A DNA stretch of 64,000 nt, taken from Bacillota bacterium. GTDB lineage: Bacteria; Bacillota; Clostridia; Christensenellales; Aristaeellaceae. The notes below the pieces were generated by a model. The model did no database searches and was not told the DNA's origin. It saw only the letters and a program-made list of their open reading frames with translations. Shown in pieces: positions 37,192 to 45,920 of this stretch. Position 1 is the stretch's first letter; every line of letters starts with the position of its first letter. The position numbers and the translations under genes were made by a program. The stretch is taken from contig JAEYCB010000025.1 of assembly GCA_023404345.1 (NCBI GenBank), positions 16,221 through 80,220 of the forward strand, given 5' to 3'.

Positions 37192-38048
37192 GCAAACCTC
37201 GCAGCATGAAAAGGCATAATCTACGCTTATCCATTTTTCTACATACACTGCTGGCTGTACTGTCTTTGTTGTGGCTTGTTCCGGTGGCATGGCTGCTGCT
37301 CTCTTCCTTCCGGGCGGAACCGGGAGCCTATACTTCTTACCTGCTGCCCAAGAGCTACACGCTCAACAACTACGTACGCCTCTTTACCGATACCGCACTT
37401 TTCAACTTCCCTCGCTGGTTTCTAAACACCCTCTTCGTCGCCTGCTGCTCCTGCCTGATCACCACGGTGCTCAGCCTCATGGTGGCCTATGTGTACTCAC
37501 GCCTACGTTTTCCCACGCGCAAAAAGCTGATGAACGTATCGCTGGTGCTGGGCATGTTCCCGGGTTTCATGAGCATGATCGCCATCTATCACTTTCTCAA
37601 GGCCATCGGGCTCGACCAGACCCTACTTGCACTGATTCTAGTCTATTCTGGCGGTGCGGCCATGAATTACTATATTGCCAAGGGCTTTTTCGACACCATT
37701 CCCAAGTCGCTGGATGAGGCTGCCATCCTGGATGGCGCCACCCGCAGCGTGGTGTTCTGGAAGATCATCCTGCCCAACAGTAAGCCCATCGTGGCCAATA
37801 TTGCGATAAATGCCTTCATCGCCCCGTGGGTGGATTTCATCTTTGTATCGGTTATCATGAAGGATAACTATAACAACTACACCGTGGCCAAGGGCCTCTA
37901 CACCATGGTAGACAAGGCCAATATCTACCGCTACTACACTGTTTTCTGTGCGGGCGCGGTGGTGGTGGCCATCCCCATCGTGCTTTTGTTCATCAGGCTG
38001 CAAAAATACTATGTTGCCGGTGTAGCCGCCGGATCAGTGAAGGGATGA
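37188..38048 (+). CDS. Sugar ABC transporter permease (MalG-like)
   Basis: 286 aa with EAA loop DEAAILDGATRSVVFWKIILP. The start overlaps the previous stop. Confidence 0.85.
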   Translation: MSKPRSMKRHNLRLSIFLHTLLAVLSLLWLVPVAWLLLSSFRAEPGAYTSYLLPKSYTLNNYVRLFTDTALFNFPRWFLNTLFVACCSCLITTVLSLMVAYVYSRLRFPTRKKLMNVSLVLGMFPGFMSMIAIYHFLKAIGLDQTLLALILVYSGGAAMNYYIAKGFFDTIPKSLDEAAILDGATRSVVFWKIILPNSKPIVANIAINAFIAPWVDFIFVSVIMKDNYNNYTVAKGLYTMVDKANIYRYYTVFCAGAVVVAIPIVLLFIRLQKYYVAGVAAGSVKG

Positions 38049-38052
38049 GCGC

Positions 38053-39789
38053 ATGAATAACGCAGCAATTTTTCACAGGCCATCCAGCGAATACGCCTTT
38101 GCTCTGGATGATACGCACTATGTGTTCCGCCTGCGCGCGCAGGCGGGCGACCTGACTTCCTGTGCCATGTGGTATGCCGACCGGGCCACGATGGGGCCGC
38201 TGTGCTACCAGCGCGTCCCCATGGAAAAGCGATATACGGACACGCTGGTGGACTGGTTCGAACTTCGCCTGACCACGGAGTTCAACCGCATTGCCTACTA
38301 CTTTGAACTCTGCGAAGGGACCAAAACCGTCTACTATATTGGCGGCATGTTTCAGGACACGCCACAGGCAGAACGCTCGGATGGATTTCAATTCGCCTAC
38401 AACCACCGTGCCGACCGTCTGACGGTGCCGGATTGGGCCGCGGACGCGGTGGTTTACAACATCTTCCCCGACAGCTTCGCTACCAGCGCATCCTTTCTGA
38501 TGAAGCGGCCCCAAAGCGTTGCCTTCAGCGGCGAAACCTGCCATTCGCTGCTGGGGGGAACGTTGCGCGGCATCTGTGAAAACCTGGACGCCATCGAAAC
38601 TCTGGGTTGCAACTGCCTCTATCTCAATCCCATCTTTGCCGCCGGCTGCTACCATAAGTACGACACCCTGGACTACTTCCGCGTGGACCCCTGCTTTGGC
38701 ACCGGTGATGACCTGAAACAGCTGGTACAGGAGGCGCACAGACGTGGCATGCGCGTGATTCTCGACGGCGTGTTCAACCACGTAAGCAGCCGCCATCCCT
38801 TCTTTCAGGACGTGCTGGCCAAAGGCCGGCAGTCGGAATACTACCACTGGTTCTATGACCTTCCGAAGCACCCCTGCCTTCCGGCGGAGGGGGAAATGCC
38901 CGGATATGCCTGCTTCTCCTATGTGGCGCACATGCCCAAGACGGACCTGTCCTACCCAGAGGCACGCAACTACTTCTGCAATGTCGGCCGCTACTGGATC
39001 GAGGTCTTTGACATAGACGGCTGGCGGCTGGACGTGGCCAATGAAATTAATGACGGCTTCCTGCGCGCCTTCCGTAGTGCAGTCAAGGCTGCAAAACCCG
39101 ATGCGCTGATCATCGGCGAGGTGTGGGAGGATGGATCGCACTTTTTGCAGGGCGACATGCTGGACGCCTGCATGAATTATGATTTCCGACGCTTTGCTCT
39201 ACAATTTTTTGCCCGGCGTGCCATCGATGCGGGCGGACTGGCCGTGGGGCTGCACTGGCTGCTCACCCGTTATAAAGAGCCTGCTATGTTCGCACAGCTC
39301 AACCTGCTGGATAGCCACGACGTGAGCCGCTTTTTGACCGAGTGCGGCGGGAACGAGGCGCGCATGCGGCAGGCCGTGGTGTTCCAGATGACTTTTCCGG
39401 GCATGCCCAGCGTGTTTTATGGGGACGAGCTGGGTCTGACCGGTGCCTCCGAACCGGAGTACCGCCAGGCCATGCCGTGGGGAGCGGACCATCCGCTGCG
39501 CGCGCTGTACCAGGAGCTTATCGCCCTTCGCCGCGCTCATCGGGCGCTTCGGCGGGGCCGCTTCCTGCTGGAGAGAGCGCAGGGTGAGGTGCTGCGCTAT
39601 GCCCTGGAGGATGAATCGGAGCGCATCTGCGTCCTATTCAACCGTGCGGGCGCGCCAGTGGACGTGCCGGCGGATATGGAGATTCTCTTCCAACACGGCG
39701 TCCTCTCCGGACAGCTTACGGCGGGCGGCTGTCTCATCAGCCTCGCCCCTGCAAAGGGAGGCTTTTTGTATGGCAGTCACCATTTATGA
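38053..39789 (+). CDS. GH13 alpha-amylase family enzyme (neopullulanase/cyclomaltodextrinase-like, cytoplasmic)
   Basis: The four conserved GH13 regions are present: VILDGVFNHVS, DGWRLDVANEI, IGEVWED, NLLDSHD. No signal peptide. Confidence 0.85.
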   Translation: MNNAAIFHRPSSEYAFALDDTHYVFRLRAQAGDLTSCAMWYADRATMGPLCYQRVPMEKRYTDTLVDWFELRLTTEFNRIAYYFELCEGTKTVYYIGGMFQDTPQAERSDGFQFAYNHRADRLTVPDWAADAVVYNIFPDSFATSASFLMKRPQSVAFSGETCHSLLGGTLRGICENLDAIETLGCNCLYLNPIFAAGCYHKYDTLDYFRVDPCFGTGDDLKQLVQEAHRRGMRVILDGVFNHVSSRHPFFQDVLAKGRQSEYYHWFYDLPKHPCLPAEGEMPGYACFSYVAHMPKTDLSYPEARNYFCNVGRYWIEVFDIDGWRLDVANEINDGFLRAFRSAVKAAKPDALIIGEVWEDGSHFLQGDMLDACMNYDFRRFALQFFARRAIDAGGLAVGLHWLLTRYKEPAMFAQLNLLDSHDVSRFLTECGGNEARMRQAVVFQMTFPGMPSVFYGDELGLTGASEPEYRQAMPWGADHPLRALYQELIALRRAHRALRRGRFLLERAQGEVLRYALEDESERICVLFNRAGAPVDVPADMEILFQHGVLSGQLTAGGCLISLAPAKGGFLYGSHHL

Positions 39790-40765
39790 TCTGGCGCGCG
39801 AGGCGGGCGTTTCCATCTCCACCGTCTCCAAGGCACTGAGCGACAGCTATACGATTTCAGAAAAAACCAAACAGCATATATTAGAAACCGCCCATCGGCT
39901 CCAGTACAAGCCCAACGCCCGTGCCCGCAGCTTCGCCCGGCAAAAAAGTGGCACCGTTATTTTTGCCACAGATCTGTATCAGGACATTGCCTTTGAAAAT
40001 CCGCACATGTTCGCCATTCTCACCGGCGTCACCCGCTCTTTGGAAGACAAGGGCTACTCGGTGCTGCTGAGGCATATGGAAAAGGGCGGCGCGACCACCT
40101 ATGTACGCGAGCTGATGCAGGAGCGCCTGGCCGATGGCGTCATCCTGCATGCAGCACTGCTCACCCGCGATCTGGCTGCCTTTTTAAGTCATGCTGAGGC
40201 CCCCTATCTGGTTATCGGCCGGCCCAACTTTCCGTGCAACATCTGCTGGATGGACGTCAACCATGAGCTGGCTGGCGGTGTAGCCGCAAACTATCTGTTG
40301 GATCGGGGATACCGCCGCATCCTGTACCTGGGCGGCGGGCCGGAGGATGCCATTTCTCAAAGCCGCCTGAAGGGCATGGAAGCTGTCCTGCGAGAGGAGG
40401 AGCTTACCGTGGATACGCTCTTTGGCAGCACGCCATACACCGAGGATGTTGAGGAACTCAGGCGCAGGTTATCCGGCGAAAGCCGTCCGGAGGTGGCGCT
40501 ATGCGCCAACAACCGCATCGCCCTGGAATGCCTGCAATCTGCCATGCAGCTGGGGCTGCGTATTCCTCAGGACCTGGCGCTGATGACCTTTGACCGCTAT
40601 CCCTTTTCTCAGCTGCTCATTCCCCGCCTCACCGCCGTGGAGGTAGATATGTTCGATATGGGATCGGAGGCGGCGCGCTTTCTTCTTCAAAAGATAAAAA
40701 AGCCAAGGCTGCAGGCGCAAACCTTCTGCACTACTCCCCGGCTGATTGAAGGGGAATCCACCTGA
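39770..40765 (+). CDS. LacI-family transcriptional regulator
   Basis: MAVTIYDLAREAGVSISTVSKALSDS HTH followed by a PBP type-1 effector domain. The start overlaps the GH13 3' end. Confidence 0.85.
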   Translation: MAVTIYDLAREAGVSISTVSKALSDSYTISEKTKQHILETAHRLQYKPNARARSFARQKSGTVIFATDLYQDIAFENPHMFAILTGVTRSLEDKGYSVLLRHMEKGGATTYVRELMQERLADGVILHAALLTRDLAAFLSHAEAPYLVIGRPNFPCNICWMDVNHELAGGVAANYLLDRGYRRILYLGGGPEDAISQSRLKGMEAVLREEELTVDTLFGSTPYTEDVEELRRRLSGESRPEVALCANNRIALECLQSAMQLGLRIPQDLALMTFDRYPFSQLLIPRLTAVEVDMFDMGSEAARFLLQKIKKPRLQAQTFCTTPRLIEGEST

Positions 40766-41026
40766 ACGGCTCGTGTTTTATGCAACGGCAGATTTCGCCG
40801 TTTATCTTTCGTTAAGTTGTTCTTTGATACAGGTATGGTTCGCAGGCAACGCAGGGGCCCCGTCATTTTGTACATGTTAAACGTTCATAGTCATTTTTCA
40901 TCATGACACTCCTCCTATTCGTTACTTTGTGAAACCGCAAAGTTGTTTCATTGTAACAGCAGGAGGTTTCTTTTTATAAGCTTAAACCTTTCCCCCCATC
41001 AGCAAGCTGGTGTGTTTTTGGGACAA

Positions 41027-41064
41027 GAAAACCGTTTCCGCGTTTTTCGCGAAAACGGTTTTCC
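41027..41064. terminator. Bidirectional hairpin terminator
   Basis: AAAACCGTTTCCGCG-TTTTT-CGCGAAAACGGTTTT (15-bp arms, one mismatch). Confidence 0.75.
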
Positions 41065-41113
41065 AATATAACCTCTGATTCTCAATCAAAGTCCAGAGAA
41101 GGACAACGTCCCA

Positions 41114-41875
41114 TCATGCAAAAGCAGCCAGCAATGCATCATGTACCAGTCCGTTGGAGGCTGCCAGCGGCGCACTGCGCCCTTTCATTTTCGGGGATTG
41201 GCCATTTTCCAGCAACGTCAGTCTCCCACCCGCCTCGGTGAGAATCAGCCAGCCCGCGGCGTAATCCCAGGGGTAGAGGTAATGAAACACCGAGGCCGTG
41301 AAGCGCCCGCAGGCCGTATAGCACAAATCCAGCGCCGCTGAGCCGGTAAAGCGTATGCCTCTGCCACAGGTATGCAGTGCAAACACGCGCTCGAAGTAGG
41401 CATGCTGCCCCTCGCCCGCCGTCGCAGGTCCGGCCTCCACGCCCACCACCGCTTCCTCCAACGTTTCGTCGGCATTTACATGGATGGGCTGACCGTTGAG
41501 CGTAGCGCCTTTCCCCAGCTCAGCCAGAAACATCTCACGCGTAAAGGGATTGCACACGCCTGCTGCCATAAGCTGTCCATCCTCGGCATAGCCGCAGGAG
41601 ATACCGCTGAGCTGCATATGGTACATCAGGTTGGTTGTTCCGTCGATAGGGTCCACAATAAACACCCTGCCGCTCAGGTCTCCGGCGTCCGCCTCTTCTT
41701 CACTGAACACCCGGCTTCCGGCGACCAGACGGGGAAGGGCACCGCGCAGGTAACGGTCAACGGCCAGATCAACGCTAGTCACAAAGTCGGACTTTCCCTT
41801 GCTCTGCACACTCAGGCTCTCCGTCAGAGTCAGCTCGCCGGCCTGGCGCAGCGTACGTTCCAGTTCCTCAAGCAT
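41114..41875 (-). CDS. Inositol-monophosphatase-family phosphatase
   Basis: Motifs FIVDPIDGTTN and YPWDYAAG. Confidence 0.8.
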   Translation of the reverse strand: MLEELERTLRQAGELTLTESLSVQSKGKSDFVTSVDLAVDRYLRGALPRLVAGSRVFSEEEADAGDLSGRVFIVDPIDGTTNLMYHMQLSGISCGYAEDGQLMAAGVCNPFTREMFLAELGKGATLNGQPIHVNADETLEEAVVGVEAGPATAGEGQHAYFERVFALHTCGRGIRFTGSAALDLCYTACGRFTASVFHYLYPWDYAAGWLILTEAGGRLTLLENGQSPKMKGRSAPLAASNGLVHDALLAAFA

Positions 41876-41905
41876 GGCTTTCCCTCCCCCGCCGTAAGGC
41901 GTGGT

Positions 41906-42589
41906 TCATTTCTCCGCTTCCACCACGGAAAATCCCATCTCCCGCAGCATCCCGGCGTAATCGCCGTCCAGATGCATACAGTACACGCCCGCACGTTTTT
42001 CCGGAGGAATACGCTCCGCCAACCGCTTGTAGCAGCAATGTGCCGAAGATTCATGGCTGGCAGTATCATGGTAGAGGCGCGCGATATTCCCGTTCAGATA
42101 CCCATTGGCCACCGCGTCGGGCAAAATGGCCGAATCGCCGCTGAAGTAGATGGTTTCGCCACTGCCGCTGATCAAATAACCAAAGGCGCTCATATCCTCA
42201 GCATGAGGTACCTCCACAGGTCTGGCACTCACAGGGCAATCCGCTTCCAACGCGGACAGGTAGCGGTAGAAACTGGGGGCAATACCTTGTAGCGCCAGCA
42301 TGCGAACCACTGTATCCAACGGATGAACCACGCTCACCTGCATCTTCAGCACGCAATGGGTATAGGAAATCAGCGAAGCAAGCGATCCGGCGTGGTCGGC
42401 GTGCAGGTGGGTCAGCAGCACGTACACATGCTTATAGCGCGTAAGGTCAAAGCGGCGGTACACCTTTTCAAAGGCGCTTTCGCCAAAATCCAGGAAGAAC
42501 AGGTCTCCATCGGCCTCAAAGTAAGCGTTGGTATTGCCCTCAACGGGGTAGAAGGCAGCTCCCCGGCCCAGAAATTTCAGGTCAAGCAT
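41906..42589 (-). CDS. MBL-fold metallo-hydrolase
   Basis: THLHADHAGS metal-binding motif. 227 aa. Confidence 0.75.
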   Translation of the reverse strand: MLDLKFLGRGAAFYPVEGNTNAYFEADGDLFFLDFGESAFEKVYRRFDLTRYKHVYVLLTHLHADHAGSLASLISYTHCVLKMQVSVVHPLDTVVRMLALQGIAPSFYRYLSALEADCPVSARPVEVPHAEDMSAFGYLISGSGETIYFSGDSAILPDAVANGYLNGNIARLYHDTASHESSAHCCYKRLAERIPPEKRAGVYCMHLDGDYAGMLREMGFSVVEAEK

Positions 42590-42595
42590 CGGCTG

Positions 42596-43417
42596 TCACT
42601 CCTTGACGCCCGCGCTGACAAAGCTGTTCATGAACTGCTTTTGCATGATGAAGAACGCCAGCAGCAACGGGGCAATAATGATGAGGGTCGCGGCGCAGAC
42701 GTTGGCCCACTGCATGTCGGCCTCCTTGGATTTGGCAAAGATGGCCAGGCCCACCGTCAGCGTACGGTTGGTGGGGGACTTGGTCACGATCAGCGGCCAG
42801 AGATAGTTGTTCCAGTGGTAGCTGACCGAGATGACCGCAAAGGACATGTATGCTGCCTTGGCGCAGGGCATATACACCTGCCAGATGGTCTGCTGCAGAT
42901 TGGCACCGTCGATGCGCGCAGCCTCGCCAAAGGCACGCGGCACGGTCTTGAAATGCTGTCTGAGCAGGAAGATGGCCAGTGCACTGCCCAGGAAGGGCGC
43001 CATGATACCCAGTTTGGTGTCGATCAGGCCCATTTCGGAAAGCGTCATGAAGTTGGGGATAATCAGCACGTCGTTGGGGATGATGATCTGCATGAAGATC
43101 ACCACAAACATCAGCGCCTGTCCCTTAAAGTTGTAAAATGCAAGGGCATAACCCGCCAGCGTGGAGGTGACGAACTGGATAGCAAAGGTGACCACCACCA
43201 GGATGATGGTGTTGAGGTAGTACTGACCGAAGGGGATGGCGTTCCACACATAGGTCAGATTATCGGTCGTAAAGGGGGTGTTGGGGATGAAGGACATGTT
43301 GAACGACGGTTCGGTCAAGGCCGTACCGATCAGCCACACCAGCGGCGCAAGCCAGATCAGGCCCAACAGCACAGACAGCGCGGTCAGCGCGCCGGAATTG
43401 AACTTTTTCAGCGTCAT
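42596..43417 (-). CDS. Carbohydrate ABC transporter permease
   Basis: Polytopic, with EAA loop GEAARIDGANLQQTIWQVYMP. GGGAGGAAGAG SD before ATG 43417 (second ATG of the tracked ORF). Confidence 0.85.
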   Translation of the reverse strand: MTLKKFNSGALTALSVLLGLIWLAPLVWLIGTALTEPSFNMSFIPNTPFTTDNLTYVWNAIPFGQYYLNTIILVVVTFAIQFVTSTLAGYALAFYNFKGQALMFVVIFMQIIIPNDVLIIPNFMTLSEMGLIDTKLGIMAPFLGSALAIFLLRQHFKTVPRAFGEAARIDGANLQQTIWQVYMPCAKAAYMSFAVISVSYHWNNYLWPLIVTKSPTNRTLTVGLAIFAKSKEADMQWANVCAATLIIIAPLLLAFFIMQKQFMNSFVSAGVKE

Positions 43418-43437
43418 GGTTCTCTTCCTCCCTTGCA

Positions 43438-44337
43438 TCAGGCGTAGTGGATCTTGCGGTCCTGGCTGAAAAAGCGCGGCATGGACACCACCAGCAGCAG
43501 CACCAGCATAATCACCGTCAGCGCGGAGGAAACGCCATAGTTCATATTGGTGAAGCCCTGTTGATAGATGTAGTACAGAAGAAGCGTACTGGCATTATTG
43601 GGCGCGCCCTCAGTCATGATGATGACATGATCGGCCAGCTTGAAGCAGTTGGTGAAGGCGATCGTGGACACAAACAGCGTGGTGGGGGCCAGCAGGGGCA
43701 GCGTAATGTGGCGGAAGGTGCGCCAGCCAGTCGCGCCGTCAATGGAGGCAGCCTCCAGCACGTCGGCGTTGATGCTCTGCAGGCCGGAGAGGAAGAACAC
43801 CATCAGATATCCCGCTTCGCGCCATACATACATCACGGCCATGGCAGGCAGCACCGTGTCCTTGTTGGACAGCACGTTGAGCGGCCCCACGCCGATGGCG
43901 ATCATGATCTGATCGAACAGGCCGTTGCGCGCCATGTAGATGAACATCCACACGCTGGCGATGGCGATCATGGGCATGACGGAGGGGTAAAAATAGCTGG
44001 TACGGATAAAGCCGATATGACGTCCTTTGCGGTTGACCAGCATGGCTAGCGCCAAGCCCAGCACCATGCTGGGAATCACAGTATAGAGTGCAAAAACAGC
44101 GGTGTTGCGCATCACCTTCCAGAAAGTAGCGTTGCGAAACAGACGCGCGAAGTTGTCAAAGGCGATAAATTCGGGAGCCTCCATGCCCATGCGGTACTTG
44201 GTCAGGCTCAGGTACACGCTGCGAAGGACCGGGTACACCGTAAAGATCAGCATAATGATCAGCGCAGGTGCGATCAGGCCCCAGGCGGTCAGCACTTCCT
44301 TGCGGCGGCGCTCTGCGGCGGTGGAGATGCGGTTCAT
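43438..44337 (-). CDS. Carbohydrate ABC transporter permease
   Basis: Polytopic, with EAA loop LEAASIDGATGWRTFRHITLP. The start is assigned to MNRIS (ATG 44337) on the basis of the GAGAGG SD and is uncertain. Confidence 0.8.
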   Translation of the reverse strand: MNRISTAAERRRKEVLTAWGLIAPALIIMLIFTVYPVLRSVYLSLTKYRMGMEAPEFIAFDNFARLFRNATFWKVMRNTAVFALYTVIPSMVLGLALAMLVNRKGRHIGFIRTSYFYPSVMPMIAIASVWMFIYMARNGLFDQIMIAIGVGPLNVLSNKDTVLPAMAVMYVWREAGYLMVFFLSGLQSINADVLEAASIDGATGWRTFRHITLPLLAPTTLFVSTIAFTNCFKLADHVIIMTEGAPNNASTLLLYYIYQQGFTNMNYGVSSALTVIMLVLLLVVSMPRFFSQDRKIHYA

Positions 44338-44426
44338 GGCGTTCATCCTCTCTGGCATAAACGGTCGCAGGATACAAGGCGGGGCCACGGACTGTGCCCA
44401 TGGCCCCGCCGCTTCAAGTGGGTGCG

Positions 44427-45713
44427 TTATTGATAGTCAAAGAGCAGGTCGTCACCCTGTTGCTGAGCAGCTTCCAGAGCCTCGGCGGCGGTCATTTCAC
44501 CGGTCACAGCAGCCTGGATGTTGTCGTTGAGGATACGCCACATTTCGGCAGCGGAGTAGGTGGTCAGCTCGGGCTGCGCATAGGGCAGCTGCTGGTAGGC
44601 CACCAGCGCCTGCGGGAAGTCGGCGTAGTAATCCTTGAGCAGCTGGGTCTCATAGCAGCTCTCACGGGTGGCCACGTAGCCGGTGTCGATGGACCACTGG
44701 GCGGCGCGCTCGGTGGAGCAGCAGAACTTGATGAATTCCCATGCAGCTTTCTGGCGCTCCTCGGAGATGCCGTTGGTGATATAGAAGTTACCACCGCCGG
44801 TGGGCGCGCCCCACTGACGGCCCGCGGGCAGGAAGCACACGCCAAAATCAAAGGTGGCATTGTTCTTGATGTTGGTCAGGTTACCGGTGGTGTGGTAGAT
44901 CATGGCCACTTCGCCGGCCAGGAACTGGGTGGGCAGGTCAGTCCACTGCACAATGCCAGGAGCCATGCACTTGTACTTGTTCTGCAGGTCCAGCCAGAGC
45001 TGCAGGGCCTCGATGTTTTCGGGGGTATTGAAGTAGACTTCCTTGCCGTCGGCGCTCATCAGGCCCACGCCGTTGGTGCAGTTCTGCAGGGAGAAGCCCG
45101 TAAAGGCCCACTGGGCGGAGCCGGAGTTGAGCGCGATGCCCACGCCATAGCGGTTCTCATTGGTCAGCTTCTGAGCATACTCGACCATTTCGTCCCAGGT
45201 AGTAGGAGGTGCTTCGGGGTCCAGGCCCACTTCCTTAAAGGCATCCTTGTTGTAGAACATAACCATCGTGGAGCGCTGGAAAGGAATGGAGTAGATGCTG
45301 CCGTCCACGTAGGAGTCCAGCATGAAGCCATCGATGAAGTCGTCCACAAAGGCCTGGCCTTCGGGATCAGCGGCGATCAGGTCATCCAGCGGCATGGCCA
45401 TTTTGGTATCGGCCATGGTGAAACGCTGCGTGGCCAGGCTCACGAACAAGTCAGGCGCGTTGCCGCCCTGGATAGCGGTCTGAATCGCCGTCACCGTGTC
45501 ATCATAGTTGCCGGTGTAAACTGCCTGTACCTGCACGTCCGGATTTTCAGCGTTGAAGTCCGCAGTCATCTGGTCAATCAACTTGGCCGCATCGCCGCCA
45601 ACGTTGACAGGGAAGTACATCGTAAGCTGCAGCGGTTCCTCCGCCAGAGCGGGAAGGACCAGAGAGCTTATCAGCATCATGAGTACAAGCGCGAAGCCGA
45701 GGAGTTTTTTCAT
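44427..45713 (-). CDS. ABC transporter extracellular solute-binding protein (family 1)
   Basis: Signal peptide MKKLLGFALVLMMLISSLVLPALA. 428 aa SBP_bac_1-like. Confidence 0.85.
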   Translation of the reverse strand: MKKLLGFALVLMMLISSLVLPALAEEPLQLTMYFPVNVGGDAAKLIDQMTADFNAENPDVQVQAVYTGNYDDTVTAIQTAIQGGNAPDLFVSLATQRFTMADTKMAMPLDDLIAADPEGQAFVDDFIDGFMLDSYVDGSIYSIPFQRSTMVMFYNKDAFKEVGLDPEAPPTTWDEMVEYAQKLTNENRYGVGIALNSGSAQWAFTGFSLQNCTNGVGLMSADGKEVYFNTPENIEALQLWLDLQNKYKCMAPGIVQWTDLPTQFLAGEVAMIYHTTGNLTNIKNNATFDFGVCFLPAGRQWGAPTGGGNFYITNGISEERQKAAWEFIKFCCSTERAAQWSIDTGYVATRESCYETQLLKDYYADFPQALVAYQQLPYAQPELTTYSAAEMWRILNDNIQAAVTGEMTAAEALEAAQQQGDDLLFDYQ

Positions 45714-45828
45714 GGGGCAGCCTCCTTATGTTTTTTTCTTGATGAAAGCATGATAACGTAGAAAATGAATCGTGTCAATCGAAATTTTGGAAAATTTGTC
45801 GAAACCTCACCCATTTTTTTAAAATTGT

Positions 45829-45858
45829 TTGCCAAATCATATCAGACAATGATATAAT
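45829..45858 (+). promoter_or_regulatory. Promoter TTGCCA-18-(TG)aTATAAT for the LacI-PBP1-SBP regulator
   Basis: TTGCCA at 45829-45834 and TATAAT at 45853-45858. Confidence 0.5.
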
Positions 45859-45920
45859 ATAGCCCAGATTAATTGGCGAAACGATTCAATTTATCTATAT
45901 TTACGGATGCGAGGTGTCAT

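Noticed and set aside
34679-39141. Long minus-strand ORFs (350 aa and 382 aa) opposite the maltodextrin SBP, MalG-like permease and GH13 genes
   Set aside because: These are antisense to genes with clear family motifs.
41372-45761. Plus-strand ORFs of 306, 374 and 455 aa across the second ABC locus
   Set aside because: These are antisense to the IMPase, MBL, permease and SBP genes. Their composition is that of an artefact (Gly/His/Arg/Gln-rich).
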